Assembly: GCA_951406725.2 (NCBI GenBank) | Contig: OX597814.1 | Span: 52,266,001-52,330,000 of the forward strand | DNA length: 64,000 nt | Direction of reading: 5' to 3' | Source of the DNA: Octopus vulgaris | Taxonomy: Eukaryota | Shown: piece after piece, positions 10,620 through 23,490 of the stretch | Layout: every line of letters starts with the position of its first letter | Numbering within the stretch: the stretch's first letter is position 1 | Notes under the pieces: model-generated | Seen by the model: only the letters and a program-made list of their open reading frames with translations | The model's database searches: none | Told to the model about the DNA's origin: nothing | Made by a program: the position numbers and the translations under genes

Positions 10620-11133
10620 ATAATGGCTAACCAGAAGGTGTCAGATGTGGCACCCAACAAGCAGAAACCTTCATCATGCCAAGTTCATTGCACATAATGT
10701 CCTCAACTCTCACAGGATATGCTAACTGCATTAGCTATGTGATTTATAGTCAGTTGCCTCTCATCTATCATCCTGTTTTCCTAGGTGGAGGCAGTTGCAG
10801 GACGTCCAGACCTTGGGTCATCTTAAGGATTCTTCCCTCCCTTCCTTAATTCAGCTGCCCCACTTTGCACTGTTGATAAAGCTAGAGAGTCATCCTCTAA
10901 TGTAGAAAGCATATCAGGATGAATGTCCTTGGGGACTAAACCTATTTTCTGCAGGTACTTGATAACACCACAGAAGTCACTACTAGTTACTTTTGAAGTC
11001 TTCTTTGAAGAGTCAGATGTCAGTTTATTTGAAAAGAAACAATGCAATTATTAGTAAGAGTTGAAGTGAATGCATGCAAGATTTCACAGCTGTAGAATTA
11101 CTCAGCCTATGAACTTTTCAGCCCACCCTTGTA
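10620..11133 (-). mobile_element. Mariner-type transposon 5' fragment
   Basis: Minus-strand GVIKYLQKIGLVPKDIHPDMLSTL...TVQ...DDPRSGRPATA HTH-like peptide. TIR-like TACAAGGGTGGGCTGAAAAGTTCATAGGC at the right end. Confidence 0.75.
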
Positions 11134-11606
11134 AGTACTAGTTCAAAACAGGAACTGATATAATCGACTGCAGACTGATGTACATTGTTTGAGCATGGTG
11201 ACTGATTGTTCAGTAATGAGCAGTTGCTATATTATGTAATCCTATAAAAGCCTACACATCTGAAAAGATGAGCAACATAAGCAAATGAAGTGGGGGCTAA
11301 AAAAAAAGTTAAAAGGAATGTCAGATGAATAGACAGAATATTAATGGTTTTGAGTTTTCATCAACTAGGTCTGTAATGGATAAACTGATGAGATGGGTAA
11401 TTAACTATACTTAAGTACAGGGCTGTGATAGAGACAGGATGAAGTTTTTGTGTTTCTGAAAATTAAAATACGTGAACTTTGTGTGTTTATAAAAGATGTG
11501 GTTAATGGAATGAAATTAATTTGATATTTTTCTGTTTTAGCAAATTTTGTTTTGAGTCAATTGGTTTTCTGTTGACACTACCATCTTTACTTTTTTTCTT
11601 TTGTAG

Positions 11607-11692
11607 TCATTCGTAAAGAAAAAAGAGACTGGATACTTAATTCTAAACGCTTTCGCTATGATGAACCAACGGATGAGATATCTGAGCAAGAG
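11607..11692 (+). CDS. TMCO6: TMCO6-like exon 2
   Basis: Polypyrimidine tract + TAG acceptor; (V)IRKEKRDWILNSKRFRYDEPTDEISEQE; donor GTATGA. Confidence 0.88.
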
Positions 11693-12599
11693 GTATGATC
11701 ATAAAGAGGGGCAGTTTTTGAATATTTTTTCTTGTTTTCTGCATTTTACAAGATAATATGGTCATCAAAACCACATCAATTCTGTGCTAATATAGACAGG
11801 AATTGTTTGGGGGTTAATTCTTTTTGTTTTTTGTTTTGTTAATGTGTTTGTGTATTGAATACTCTTACTTTCTAAAGTTTGGTTTTTAAAAATTTCAATT
11901 TCTCCTGCATTTTTATTTTTCATCTTGGAATGACCATGGTATTAAGAAGTTCACTTGGCAAGTACATTGTTTCAAGTTTGATCCTACTGGGGTCACTTTG
12001 AGCAAGTGTCTCTTACTATAGCCTTGAGTTAACTAAGGCCTTCATTATCATCATCATCATCCTTTAATGTCCGTTTTCCATGCTGACGAAATTTGGTTGA
12101 CTGAAATTGTATGGAAGCCCATCATATATATATATATATATATATATTGGAAACAGGTGAGGGTTGTCAACATGAAGGGCATCTGGCCATAAAAAAAATC
12201 AACCTCAACAAATTCTGTCTGAACCATGCAAGTATGGAAAAGTGGATGTTGAAATGATGATACGTGTGTTTGCTTTCATAACATTTAGGCAGCACTGACA
12301 TTTCTTAATGTGCTGTAGCTCAACAGTTCAACATATGAAAACTAGCAGAGTAAGATTCCTTCTTTAAAAGGTTGGCATCAAGAAGGGTTTCTGGCCATGA
12401 TAATAGAACCTCAATAAGCTTCATCTAACCCATAGCAGCTTGGAAAAATTAGATGTAAAAATTATGCCAATGACAAATTCACCCCAAGTTATTATCTTTT
12501 GAGTTAGATTTCAGTAAGATTTTCCATAATTCTTCTATATTTCTTTAATATGAACTTGTATATTATAAATGACAAAATTTTGTGCATTTCTGTATGAAA

Positions 12600-13863
12600 A
12601 TATATACATACATAATGGAAACACCTACCATCATAGCATCTGAATTTTGAATATCTACAAAACCGTCTATAGCTTGTTTACTTTTATGATTTTTGATTTA
12701 TTATTAGTGTTGCCTAATATGTTTTGCTAAAGTTGCTGTTTCTTTGCAGATATCATCAGAAAAAGGTAATTAAAATTCATTAAAATGACAGATCTATCAG
12801 ACTTTCAAAGAGGTCAAATTGTTGGTGCTCATATAGCAGATGCTAGCGTAACAAAAACTGCCGAAATGTTTGGTGTATCAAGAAGTACTGTCTCAAAAGT
12901 AATGACAGCCTTTGAGAAAGAGGGGAAAACCTCCCTGTCGAAACAAAACTCCGGAAGAAAACCAAAACTTTCAGATATGGACTGTTGGACTCTTATGCAA
13001 ATTGTGAGAAAGGATCACAAAAGTCCAGCTCCCAAAATTACTGCAGGGCTTAATGACCACCTCGAGAACCTAGTTTCCACAAAAGCTGTTCACCGGGAGC
13101 TGCACAAAGCTGGATTTCATGGGAGGGCTGCAATCAGAAAACCACTACTTTCAAAAACAAACATTGCAAAGCATTTAGAGTGCAGTAAAAATCTACAGAA
13201 TTGTTCCTTAGAGCAGAGGAAGAATGTTATTTTCTTGGGCAAGTCATCCTTTACCGTATTTCCAACCGCCAGCCAAGTATACGTGTGGAGACAGCCAAAA
13301 GAAGTATTTTACCCAGACTGCCTTCTTTCAACTGTTAAACATGGAGGAGGATCTGTGATGATCTGAGAGGGCTATATCTTGGAAATCCACTGGCCTAATG
13401 GTTTCCCTTCATGGCAGATCAGTCAAGACTATTTAAGCATTTTATCTGATCAAATTCATCCTATGGTTGCAGAACTGTTTCCAGAGGGAAACGCAATCTT
13501 TAAGGATGATAATGCACCAATTCACACAGCTAAAGTTGTTACTGAATGGCACAAGGAACATTCTAGTGAAGTTGAGCATTTTATCTGGCCACCACATTCC
13601 CCAGATCTCAATATTATTGAACATTTATGGTACATTTTAGAAAAACAAATGAGTTGATATCCTCCACCATCATCACTACAAGAACTGGAGACTGATTTAG
13701 CTGAAGAATGGACAAAAATACCTTTGGGAACAATTCAAACTTTGTACAAGTTCATACCTCGTAGAATTCAAGCTGTAATTACTGCCAAATGTGGTCCTAC
13801 CCCTTATTAAGATAAATTTGTTTGAAATTTTAAGGTGTTTTCATTATTTTCTCCATCCCCTGT
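12600..13863 (+). mobile_element. Tc1-like DNA transposon in intron 2; transposase pseudogene 12785-13810
   Basis: MTDLSDFQRGQIVGA..., GRKPKL, TVKHGGGSVMI*, FKDDNAPIH, WPPHSPDLNIIEHLW. Right TIR ...TCCATCCCCTGTA; partial left TIR CATAATGGAAACACCT. Confidence 0.92.
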
Positions 13864-14675
13864 ACATCGAGTTTCTAATTTATGACTGTTGTAAATACTT
13901 CTTACCTAGATAACCTTGTTCTTTTCTGTATTTTATGATTCTGAACAACAATCGTCAGTGTGTCTATCTTCCTTTCAGTTAGGCTCCCAACTTTTCTTTT
14001 TTTTTTTTAAGTAAATGCTTAGTAATTGTCCGTAATGTTATTAACTGTTTGATGACAAGTATAGCACAAATTTTGATTGAATTGCCATTACATTATCATT
14101 GCCAGTGATTTAGCAAATAAGACAGTCACATGGCTATAGCTCACTTATTGACTGTCTTTGTCTAACTGCCTCACTTTCATCATGATTCTGTAACACCTCG
14201 TTTTTCCATATTACTTGTTTCAAATTCTAATAGCACTAAGAGAATCAATGTATAGATTACCACATTTTATTGTTTTACATTTTCCTGTGACCATGTCTAA
14301 TCACTCTCAAAGAATTTATATACTGCACTGTAGATTTTTTTCACACTTAGGCTGTTTCCTCGAGTTATTGTCAATAAATATTTCTGTTATTCATAAACTC
14401 TTTAACAAGTCTTAAATTTGTTGGCAGTACATTATTCTAATTTTTCTGTCTTTGGTTATTCGTTCCATCCATTTTTACCTGCCAGTATCTGATAAGACTT
14501 CTTTTGCATGATAGGAATGTTCTTAAATATATATTATGTACCCTTTCCTTTTCTAGAACAGTCATTGTTTTTGTTTTACTGCTAGTCTATCTATCTTTGT
14601 GTTTATTCCTATAAAAATCTTTTGTTCCTTTTGGAATGTGTAAATTAAAACTATTTCTAAATTATCTTATTGCAG

Positions 14676-14788
14676 GTGATAGCAGCTACTCAAGATTTGC
14701 TGAAGGGCTGTGATAAATGCATAGAAAAATTACAGCTCTTAAGGAGAGCTTTTTCACAAGGATCATTATATATTGATGCATTTTTCAG
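14676..14788 (+). CDS. TMCO6: TMCO6-like exon 3
   Basis: TTGCAG acceptor; VIAATQDLLKGCDKCIEKLQLLRRAFSQGSLYIDAFF; donor AG|GTAACA. Confidence 0.88.
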
Positions 14789-15727
14789 GTAACAAGTTTT
14801 ATTTACTTTATATTTAGCACTTTATTTAATCCATATAAATGTGTGTGTGTGTGTGTGTGTGTGTGTATGCCATATATACTGTACAGAAGATTTTTTAAAA
14901 TATTGTTTTAGTTGTAACAAAAAATTGCCATGCATCTAATGTGATCTTACTATGAATGGGATACTGAGGGGGTTTGTCTTATGTGAGAGTGCATTTTATA
15001 CATGGGCAAATATGGTATCATTTTATCATTATTTGCAGTGATTAGAAGCCTAGTACCTGTTATGAAAATCTGGTCTGCTTTCAAATATATAAAAATGCCA
15101 CTCTGTTCTATCTTTGTGAAGAAGGAGAGGGTTGACTCAGTTTGGTATTGAATATATTTTAACTGTATCATAGTTATAACAGATGTAACTAAGACACACC
15201 AAAACACATTAGTATAACAATACTGTGTGGGGCACTACCACAGTGCCCCACTCAATATTATTAAATATAAGTGAGTTAATTTATGTTGTAGGGAATGTTA
15301 CTAGGATATGGGCATAATTACTCATGAAATCTTTGTTTAAGATTGATTCTTTTGTAATTGTTATCAGGATTTGTGTATGTGCAAGTGGCAACTTATTATC
15401 AAATATCACAATAGAAACTTTACATTCATTCAAAAGATAGTGGGTTTTGGCTAAGGAATATGTTGGTGGCAGTTCACCACACACCTGAAGTTTTATTATA
15501 CTGGAAGGAATATTTTATTTGGAGACTTGAATAACTGAAGCATATTTATCTTCTCTAAAAGATTCTGATATCAGCAACATGAAATTAAAAACTATCTTGT
15601 TTTAAAAATTGATTCTGTTTGGTATTGATAATATTCTTTTAACTGTATCATAGTTATAAAAGATGTAACTAAAACACATCAAAATGTTAACATCAATGTA
15701 AATAATTTTGTTTTGTATTTATTGTAG

Positions 15728-15911
15728 TGTTGAGAATGTATTGCCTTGTTTGGTTGGTTTATTTACTGGTCCAGATCCTGATGTGCAGTTGGAAGCTGCA
15801 TGGTGCCTCACCAACCTATCAGCTGGAATGCATCACTACACAACTGCCATTGTTAAGATAGCTGCTCCTTACCTCATCACATACCTTAGCAGTAACAATC
15901 ATTTCTTACAG
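15728..15911 (+). CDS. TMCO6: TMCO6-like exon 4 (ARM)
   Basis: VENVLPCLVGLFTGPDPDVQLEAAWCLTNLSAG...AAPYLITYLSSNNHFLQ. The LVGL-T...QLEAA and YL-TYLS pattern resembles TMCO6. GT-AG boundaries. Confidence 0.93.
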
Positions 15912-16237
15912 GTAACAACTCAATGAACTCTATGCTTTCTGCTTTGAGAAGAATATAATATTTAAACTAGCTGTATTTTGTATTTTCTCTTTTATAATAT
16001 CTATTTTTACTGTTATTTTTTTCTTTCTCCATACTACCATGGGAAGGAAAACTATTGTAAATTTGGATGATCTTGCTACATATATTGATGTAATAAGCTT
16101 TCCACACAGCAAACTATTCAACCATTAAGTAGAAGTAGTGTCTGTTATCAGTTTCACCTATTAAAGCTAACAGAATAGTGTACCTTGTCTTGATGAAAAT
16201 AAAATAGCAGTAACAAAAGTTTGACTTTATAATATTA

Positions 16238-16628
16238 CTAGAAGTATTGCCCGGCGTTGCTTGGGTTTGTTTCGACCCACTGGAATTGGAATTTTTGAAA
16301 AGTAAAAATTTTGCATTATGTAGCTTGTTATTCTCTTCAAGTGAACATTTTTCTGCTTGAAATACACCGAAAAGTGGCGACACAGCAGTGAAAAAATCGT
16401 AAAAAATAGGGATTTTCATAGAAAAAAGCACCTTTTTGATGTAAATAATTTTTGGTGTTAACATGGTCCGATTTGAATTTTATCTTCTACGGAAGGAAGA
16501 GCAACCCTTCTTCTATCATACTCTCAACTTTGGTAAACTTGCGCCACAGGGTCTCGGAGGAGATAGTGTTAGTTGAAGGCTACCAAACCTGCCACACACA
16601 GACAACTTCAGCTTTATATAGAGAGAGA
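16238..16628 (-). mobile_element. Non-autonomous Helitron-like element
   Basis: On the minus strand it starts with TC after an A and ends with CTAG before a T, with a subterminal GC-rich hairpin-like motif (CCCAAGCAACGCCGGG). Confidence 0.75.
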
Positions 16629-16827
16629 TAACACACACACATTAATACACATACATACACACACACATGTATGTATGTATATATGTACATCTGTCCACTT
16701 CTTGCCATATTTTTATCGTTCACTTCCTACACACACACACACACATTCTTAGCTTACAATTTGTTTCTTTCAACAATTGACAACTGAAGTATGCTCACTC
16801 GCCAATGAATACTACCAAAAGGTAGTG

Positions 16828-17022
16828 ACAGATCTGTGTTTCCTTTTTCTTTTTTTTTTTTTTTTTTTGAGGATTGGTTTAAGCATTAATAAGAGAAAGT
16901 AGCAGAATGTGTGATGTTGAATAAGAGTTGCAGAAAGAGGACAGCGACAGATCTCTGTTTCCTTTTTTTTTTTTTTGAGGATTGGTTTAAGCATTAATAA
17001 GGGAAAGTAGCAGAATGTGTGT
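16828..17022 (+). repeat. Local direct duplication (~75-85 bp, two copies)
   Basis: ACAGATCT(G/C)TGTTTCC-(T)n-GAGGATTGGTTTAAGCATTAATAAG..AAAGTAGCAGAATGTGTG at ~16828 and ~16947. Confidence 0.85.
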
Positions 17023-18667
17023 GGTAATAGCAGGAGTGAAGCATTTGAAATGAGAGAGGCAAATCGTAAAATATTGAGTTTTCTCAAATATTTGCTTAAT
17101 TGGGGGTGAAATTGAAAAAAATGTATATGCCATGACCCAATGGAATCTACTTCGAAAAATCATAGGTAAATTCCAATTGAAGAAATTCTATATTGTACAA
17201 TTGTATAAAAAACGAACTATTTGGGAGGCAGAGAAAATCTGCCTTTTATCATAAGAGATGAACCAATATCTTGATCTTACTGTTGGGGTGAATGTATAAT
17301 TGTGTGATATCACATGACTATGTATCATGCACTGTGAAGTTGTAGAAACTAAGCCAAAACAGACAACTGGAGCCTGGTGCAGCAGTCCAGTTTGCCAGCT
17401 CCTGTCAAAACTTTACTAATGTTTATTTAGTAAGTCAAAACTTTACATTCTTTATACTAGAAATACCAAATATTTTTACAATGTCTTTCGAAAGATGTGA
17501 AAATTTTGAGAAAATATAATATATATTAAATATTGAAATTCATCATAAGGAACAACTCCTGAAAAGTCGCGAAAGCCCAACATGCTAACTTTTATGCTTT
17601 GTGTAGTAAACAAATTGAAAATTGAAATGGATCAAAAATGACCCATTATACTTGTGTTAAGTAACAAATTAATATTACTTCTATTGTCAAAAATCCAATT
17701 CAAGTGGCCTTGTGAACTTTTTGGGAGGGGCACAAGTTAAGGGATAATAAGCTTTGAACTTATTTTTATTTCTTAGTCATAGATATTTTACTTTATTGTG
17801 GTAGTATTATTGAGAAAGATAAGAATATCACACTTTCTTAATGACTATCTCGTTATTCAGTGGTCTTGTGATTATGTAAAAATATCAGTGTTTGGTTAAA
17901 TAACTGCTATTTCACATGTATTGTTAGAGAAATTATAATTCACCATTATTATCATTTATAGATTTTCTATTCTATATGTAACCTATCCTCAATTGATTAT
18001 CTATAAGAATATTTGTTTTGTTTGGTACTGAAAAAAAGAAGTATTTGAAGATATAAACTGCATCAGCAGATATTAAAAGGAACAATAAGTGAGAGTAATT
18101 AGAATTTGAACTAGCATTTTTCTTGTTGCTGCCTTTGTTAGAATTACACTGAAGCATTAACGAAGTGGGTTTCCTTTTGTGATCTCTTTTTCTTACCATT
18201 TTTCTGTTTGGGTTGTGTATGTGCAAAACACTTTAAAAATATAAACATGTATTAACTGGCTCATTCTAGTTTATATGACACTAAAAGTAAATAAAATTTA
18301 AATTTGTGACTTCTGGTGGTTTGCTGTGATTGACAAGACCTGCCAGGCTAAGTAAAAATGTGGCTGTCTATGCATACAGATATATCCTCTACACCCCTCT
18401 CTCAGCCAGAGATCCTAGTCTTGTGAGCTCGTGGGCACTGGTGCCATGTAAAAGTTCTTGTGTCAATGCCATGTAAATGCACTTGCATTGGAAACAATCT
18501 CAGAATATAGATATAAGGTTATTAACATAATATGATCATTTTTATGATCATTTATAGTATGGTGCTAGTTACTCCCAGACATTAATAAAAGAGATGTCTC
18601 CTTGATTCTCATTGGGCTCTCAGTTTTTATTCTATTTATATTTACTTGGTTTATTTTTGACAAATAT

Positions 18668-18992
18668 TGTTGGCTGTGTGGTCAGAAGCTTGCTTCTGAG
18701 TTCAGTCCCACTGCATGGCACTTTGGGCAAGTGTCTTCTACTATAGCCTTGGGCCAACCAAAGCCTTGTGAGTGGATTTGGTAGACAGAAACTGAAAGAA
18801 GTTTGTCGTGTGTGTGTGTGTCTCCCAGTACCACTTGACAACCGGGTCTGGTGTGTTTGGCAAAAGAGATCAATGGAATAAGTACCAGGCTTTAAAGAAG
18901 ATAAGTACTGAGCTTGATTCATTTGACTGAAAATTCTTCAAAGTGGTGCCTCAGCATGGCCGCAGTCTAATGACTGAAACAGGTAAAAGAAA
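18668..18992 (+). mobile_element. tRNA-derived SINE, near full length
   Basis: TGGCTGTGTGGT A-box and GTTCAGTCCC B-box, GGCAAGTGTCTTCTACTATAGCC core, CAGCATGGCCGCAGTC..ATGACTGAAAC tail. Related copies at ~23840, 45660, 46388 and 63215(-). Confidence 0.75.
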
Positions 18993-19138
18993 AAATGGTA
19001 TGCTGTGCAATCTTTGCTTATTCATCACTAAAGAGAAATAAAGTATAAATATAGTTTTTGATTAGCTTGTAACTTTATGTGTTTTAATTATTTAATGTGT
19101 GAATATGAACAGATGTAATGTCCCTTTTAACATTTTAG

Positions 19139-19243
19139 GATCAGTCTGCCTGGGCTGTTGGTAACCTGGCTGGTGATAGCAAAGAATGCCAGGACCTCTT
19201 ACATACCCAAGGAGCTGTTTCTCCATTAATAAATCTTCTGCAG
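19139..19243 (+). CDS. TMCO6: TMCO6-like exon 5 (ARM)
   Basis: DQSAWAVGNLAGDSKECQDLLHTQGAVSPLINLLQ; AG/GT boundaries, phase 0-0. Confidence 0.93.
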
Positions 19244-19309
19244 GTATTTTTATTTTCTTTCTATGTCATTAATGTATTATTGTAAAGCTTTTACTAGGAC
19301 ATCATTACA

Positions 19310-20446
19310 TAGGAGGATATGAAGAAGTTCCTGGACCAGTTATGTTTAATAGAAAATAACTTATTTACCTAAGTTTTAACATCATCTCCTTCGAAATAGT
19401 CACTTTGTGCAGCAATACACCGGTCCCAGCATTCCTGCCACTTTTGGAATCCAGCCTGGAAGTCATTTTCCATAAGTGAATCAAGGACCTTCTGTGGTTC
19501 GCTCTGGATCTTAACCCTTTTGATACCAACCCGACCAAAACCGCCTCTGGCCCTGTAGTACAAATGTCTTGATTTCATAAGTTTTGAATTAAAATCTTCC
19601 ACCAAACCTTAGTCACAATTTATGTTCCTAACACTAGCTCAATGATAACTAAGTTATTGTACTAAATTCTTAGTTATATTTAAAATTAATTGAACGAAAC
19701 ACAGAGCATCTCAACAGAAATACGGTAATGAAAGGGTTAACAGTGTTAAAACGGTGACCTTTAAGCTGCATTTACATCTTGGGGAAGAAATAGAAGTCCA
19801 CAGGTGCTAAATCTGGCAAATAGGGCAAGTGCAGAAGTGATGCTGTGTTGTTTTTGGTGAGAAGCTTGGAGAGCTCGGTGACAGGGTGCATTGTCTTCAT
19901 GAAGTATCCAATTCTTCACACTTCACCGAACCAGTTGCTTTTGCCGAATGTCCTTCCTCTATGACACTTCAAAACATTGCAGTAGAACTCTTGATTGATG
20001 GTCTGGCACTGGGGGATGAATACTTGATGCACAATACCACATTTCCTGGGTTGTTGCTTGTGGCAGATCTTCCAGATCACTCATCATCTTTCAAGGACGT
20101 TCTTCTACTTTTGAAGCACCTGTGCCAGTTGAACATTGCGTACGACCCATTGCCTCATTGTCGTAAGCTTGCTGAAGCATGTTCAATATCTCTGTAGTAG
20201 ACTTCCTAAGTTTAACACAAAATTTCACATTGGCTCTTTGTTCCTGTCCCTGACAAAATTGCAGACTACAGCATACACATGATCACAAAAATACAAATGT
20301 CGCAACTTGCGAAGTAAACACTGCAATGTCACTCAGCACACTGCCTCATGAAGATCACTGCTAGCTTTCACTGCGCATGCAACCATGTGTTGCCATCTGT
20401 TAGTGACTTCAGAACTAGTCTGGGAACTTTTTGATACCACCTCATG
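19310..20446 (-). mobile_element. Mariner-type transposon, decayed, with a nested MITE
   Basis: TIR pair GAAGAAGTTCCTGGACCAGTT / AACTAGTCTGGGAACTTTTTGATACC. Minus-strand C-terminus FQKWQECWDRCIAAQSDYFEGD. Confidence 0.85.
19515..19736. mobile_element. piggyBac-type MITE with TTAA target-site duplication
   Basis: TTAA|CCCTTT...AAAGGG|TTAA, interrupting the mariner coding sequence. Confidence 0.85.
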
Positions 20447-22699
20447 TGTTTCTTTAGCATTTGTGTGTATGTGTCAGAAGAGACATCCAATGTATTTTCA
20501 CTTCAGGGTATATTTGAGTTTAATGGCTGGGTAATAAGGTTAATGTATGAAGGCTGGTAGAATGAGTATCATAAGTTGCATAAGCTTATATTCAAGGTGT
20601 GTTGGGTGCCGCTCACATGTCATATAAGAACAATTAAAAGTAAATCAGTATTTGTAATTTTACAATTTCTTATGAATGCTCATGAAGTATAATATTTGTT
20701 CTTTTGTTTGTTCCCTAGTCAGTCTTGGTCAAACAGACCCTGGATTGAAAGCATTCCATTTGTGCTCATCTATATTTTTGTTTATCAGGGCCTATGTTGT
20801 GCAATGTATTTTTCTTTATTTGCTACTGTTTCTAGGTCAGATAATCTCTTAGAAGCTTATTAATAGTTGTAGTAAGCTGTTACTGCTTACATTAGACTCT
20901 AATATCTTGCAGCATATAGAAACTGAAAGTATAGTATGGTATGCTGTCAAGAATATGAAGAATGTGAGGATCATAACCACTACCACTATAATAGGATAGC
21001 AGAGAAAACTTGTAGTCAGTGTACAGTTGAATAGCCTCTTAATTGACTGTTGTTTTGATGTTATGATTATTATTATTATTTTTTTTGCAAACTGTTGTTG
21101 TTTATCAAAACAGATGTCCTGTTGGAATAATTCCATTCACAAAATTAAGAATACAATATATAACTCTTGATAGTCTAATTTACCTTACTGTAAATAAGTA
21201 TTATCATGTAAGGAGACAAACTATTGTAAGCAACAACTGTAATGTGTTGTTACATTTCAGTTTTATTCTCAAATCTTTTTTTGGGCCATTCAACTTTTCT
21301 AAATTCAGTTAGAAAAATACTATAGTGGTGGAAAGAACATTGTATGTTTCAATTATTGCTACATTTGTCTTTAGTACACTTGCATGTTACATCTCATGGT
21401 TTTTATCACAGTCTTTATCTGAAGATAGAATCTAGTACATACTGTTAGAATGAAGGATTTGATTTTTGGATCTAATTAGTTACACTCATTGTAGAGTAGA
21501 TTTACAAATATTTTGGATATCTCCAAATCCTAGAACATTTAATACATTGTATCAAGCTGGCACATCAAACTTAAATGGCTGTGTGTTTAAAAAGTTTGCT
21601 TTGTAACCATATGGTCTTTGATTCAGCCCAACTGCATAGCACCATGGGGTGTCCAATCCCCCAAGAGTGAAATTGGTATGAAAGCCCATTGTGTATATGT
21701 ACATGTGTGTGTGTGTGTGCATGTTGTCATTTTCACTCTTTTACATGAGAATGTTTGAATAGAAAATGGTAATATGAGGTTTATATTCTTTGTGAACCAT
21801 ACGTCCTGTAGCTCAGCTCTTTTGAAATTTAGTTGAATCAAAAAAAAAACAGGTAAGGTTTGATAACAGGAAGAACATCTTGTAAAATACTGTTTCAAAT
21901 AAGTATCCATCCAACCCATGCCAGCATAGAAAAATTGACGTAAAACAAATGATTATCAATAGTATTAATATGCTTAGTTCTTTCTGTTTTTGTATGTACC
22001 TGTGGTATGTGTCACACTTCGAAGGAAGAGGTAAAAAGTTAAAGGGAGAGGTACAAAGAAAAAGAGCAATAAAAGGTGTTAAGCAAATTAAGTGGCAAAG
22101 CGGGAGAGAGGAGAGGAATAGAAGCAGAGGAGGTATAGTTGAAGTGAGAGGCAAAGAAGAGGAAGTAAGAGAGAGAGTGGGGAGTGTGATGGCACTGAGA
22201 GGTAAGAGAAATATGTGTTAAATGCAGGAGGACAGTTAGCGGCAAGGAGACATAGGGGAGGGAGGAGAAAAAGATTTAGATAGATAGATTGAGTGAAGGA
22301 AGGGTGTGGATAGACAATAATAGTGCAAGACAATGGAACCATTCTCATACAGAAAACGTTGGAAAACTTTTCATTTTCGACGATATATGATAATTGCAAA
22401 AAGAAATATTGCCTATCTATCTGTCTTACAGTTATTTTGTCTGCCTCTCTCTCTCTCAGCAAATAGTTGTAGATGTTACTGTTACTTTCTACAGTATTTT
22501 CAGAGTAGACTGATGCATAGATACATACACATATTGTTAAATTAAAAGCGGGAGAGAGGAGGGACACGGGAAGTGAGAGAGACAGTAGATACATAGATCG
22601 AAAGAAAAGTTGATACATGAATGCATAGACATATTGTTAAATCAAAGACAAATAACTACAGCTAATATTAGATGTCACTTTCACTTTTCATTATCACAT

Positions 22700-22858
22700 G
22701 AGGATAAAATTAACTTGCAAGTGGCCGAGTATTCCACAGACATGCATACCATTAACGTAGTTCTCAGAGAGATTCAACCTCACACAGAATATGACAAGGC
22801 TGGCCCCTTTCAGTTACAGCTACAACTCATTTTGGCCAGCTGAGTGAACTGGAGCTAG
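22700..22858. mobile_element. SINE-like interspersed repeat (further copies at ~23205-23490 and ~62520-62895)
   Basis: Shared core AATTAAC..GCAAGTGGC.GAG.A.TCCACAGACATG..TACC.TTAA.GTAGTTCTC.GGGAGATTCA...GACAAGGCTGG. Confidence 0.7.
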
Positions 22859-23204
22859 ATAAACCTTCAAGTGGTGGAAAGAAAATGAAAAAGATCCTAT
22901 ATAGGGGCAGGAAAATCTTTTTAGTCATTAGGGTCACTATTGGTGTTAATCCATTCCTAACAGTGGCATTTGTAGGTGTCACAGATCTGGAGGCCAAGCC
23001 CCCCCCCCCCTCGATAAACACCAATGCACAGGCTGTTGTTATCAAACTGAGCGTGAATTGAGGGCAAAGTCACTACACAACGGAATAGCAATTATTTTGT
23101 CTTAGCTTTCACTGCTTATTCTAAACATATGACATTTTTGCCTTACAATATGGAACATTTCCTTTTCTCTCACACTTTCTAAAAAATGGCACACTATTGC
23201 TTAT

Positions 23205-23490
23205 GACGATGAAGTTCCTGTTTATCTGCTCAATGGAATTGTCTGCTCATAAAATTAACACACAAGTGGCTGAGTACTCTACAGACATGCATACCATAGC
23301 ATAGTTCTCAGGGAGATTCAGCCTCACACAGAATGTGACAAGGCTGAACCCTTTGAGTTACAGCTACATCTCATTTTTGCCAGCTGAGTGGACTGCAGCA
23401 AGGTGAAGTAGAGTACCTTGCTCAAGAACACAGCATGCCACTGGGAATTGTGGGCCGAATACTCGTAACCACTGAGCCACACACCTTCAC
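23205..23490 (-). mobile_element. SINE copy of the 22700 family
   Basis: Same core, followed by CTTGCTCAAGAACAC...AACCACTGAGCCAC (reverse complement of a tRNA-like head). Confidence 0.7.

Noticed and set aside
18668-18745. tRNA gene suggested by A/B boxes
   Set aside because: No cloverleaf; it is the head of a multi-copy SINE.
22030-22620. 176-aa minus-strand ORF and purine-rich plus-strand ORF
   Set aside because: Low-complexity GA-rich intronic sequence with no domain or splice support.
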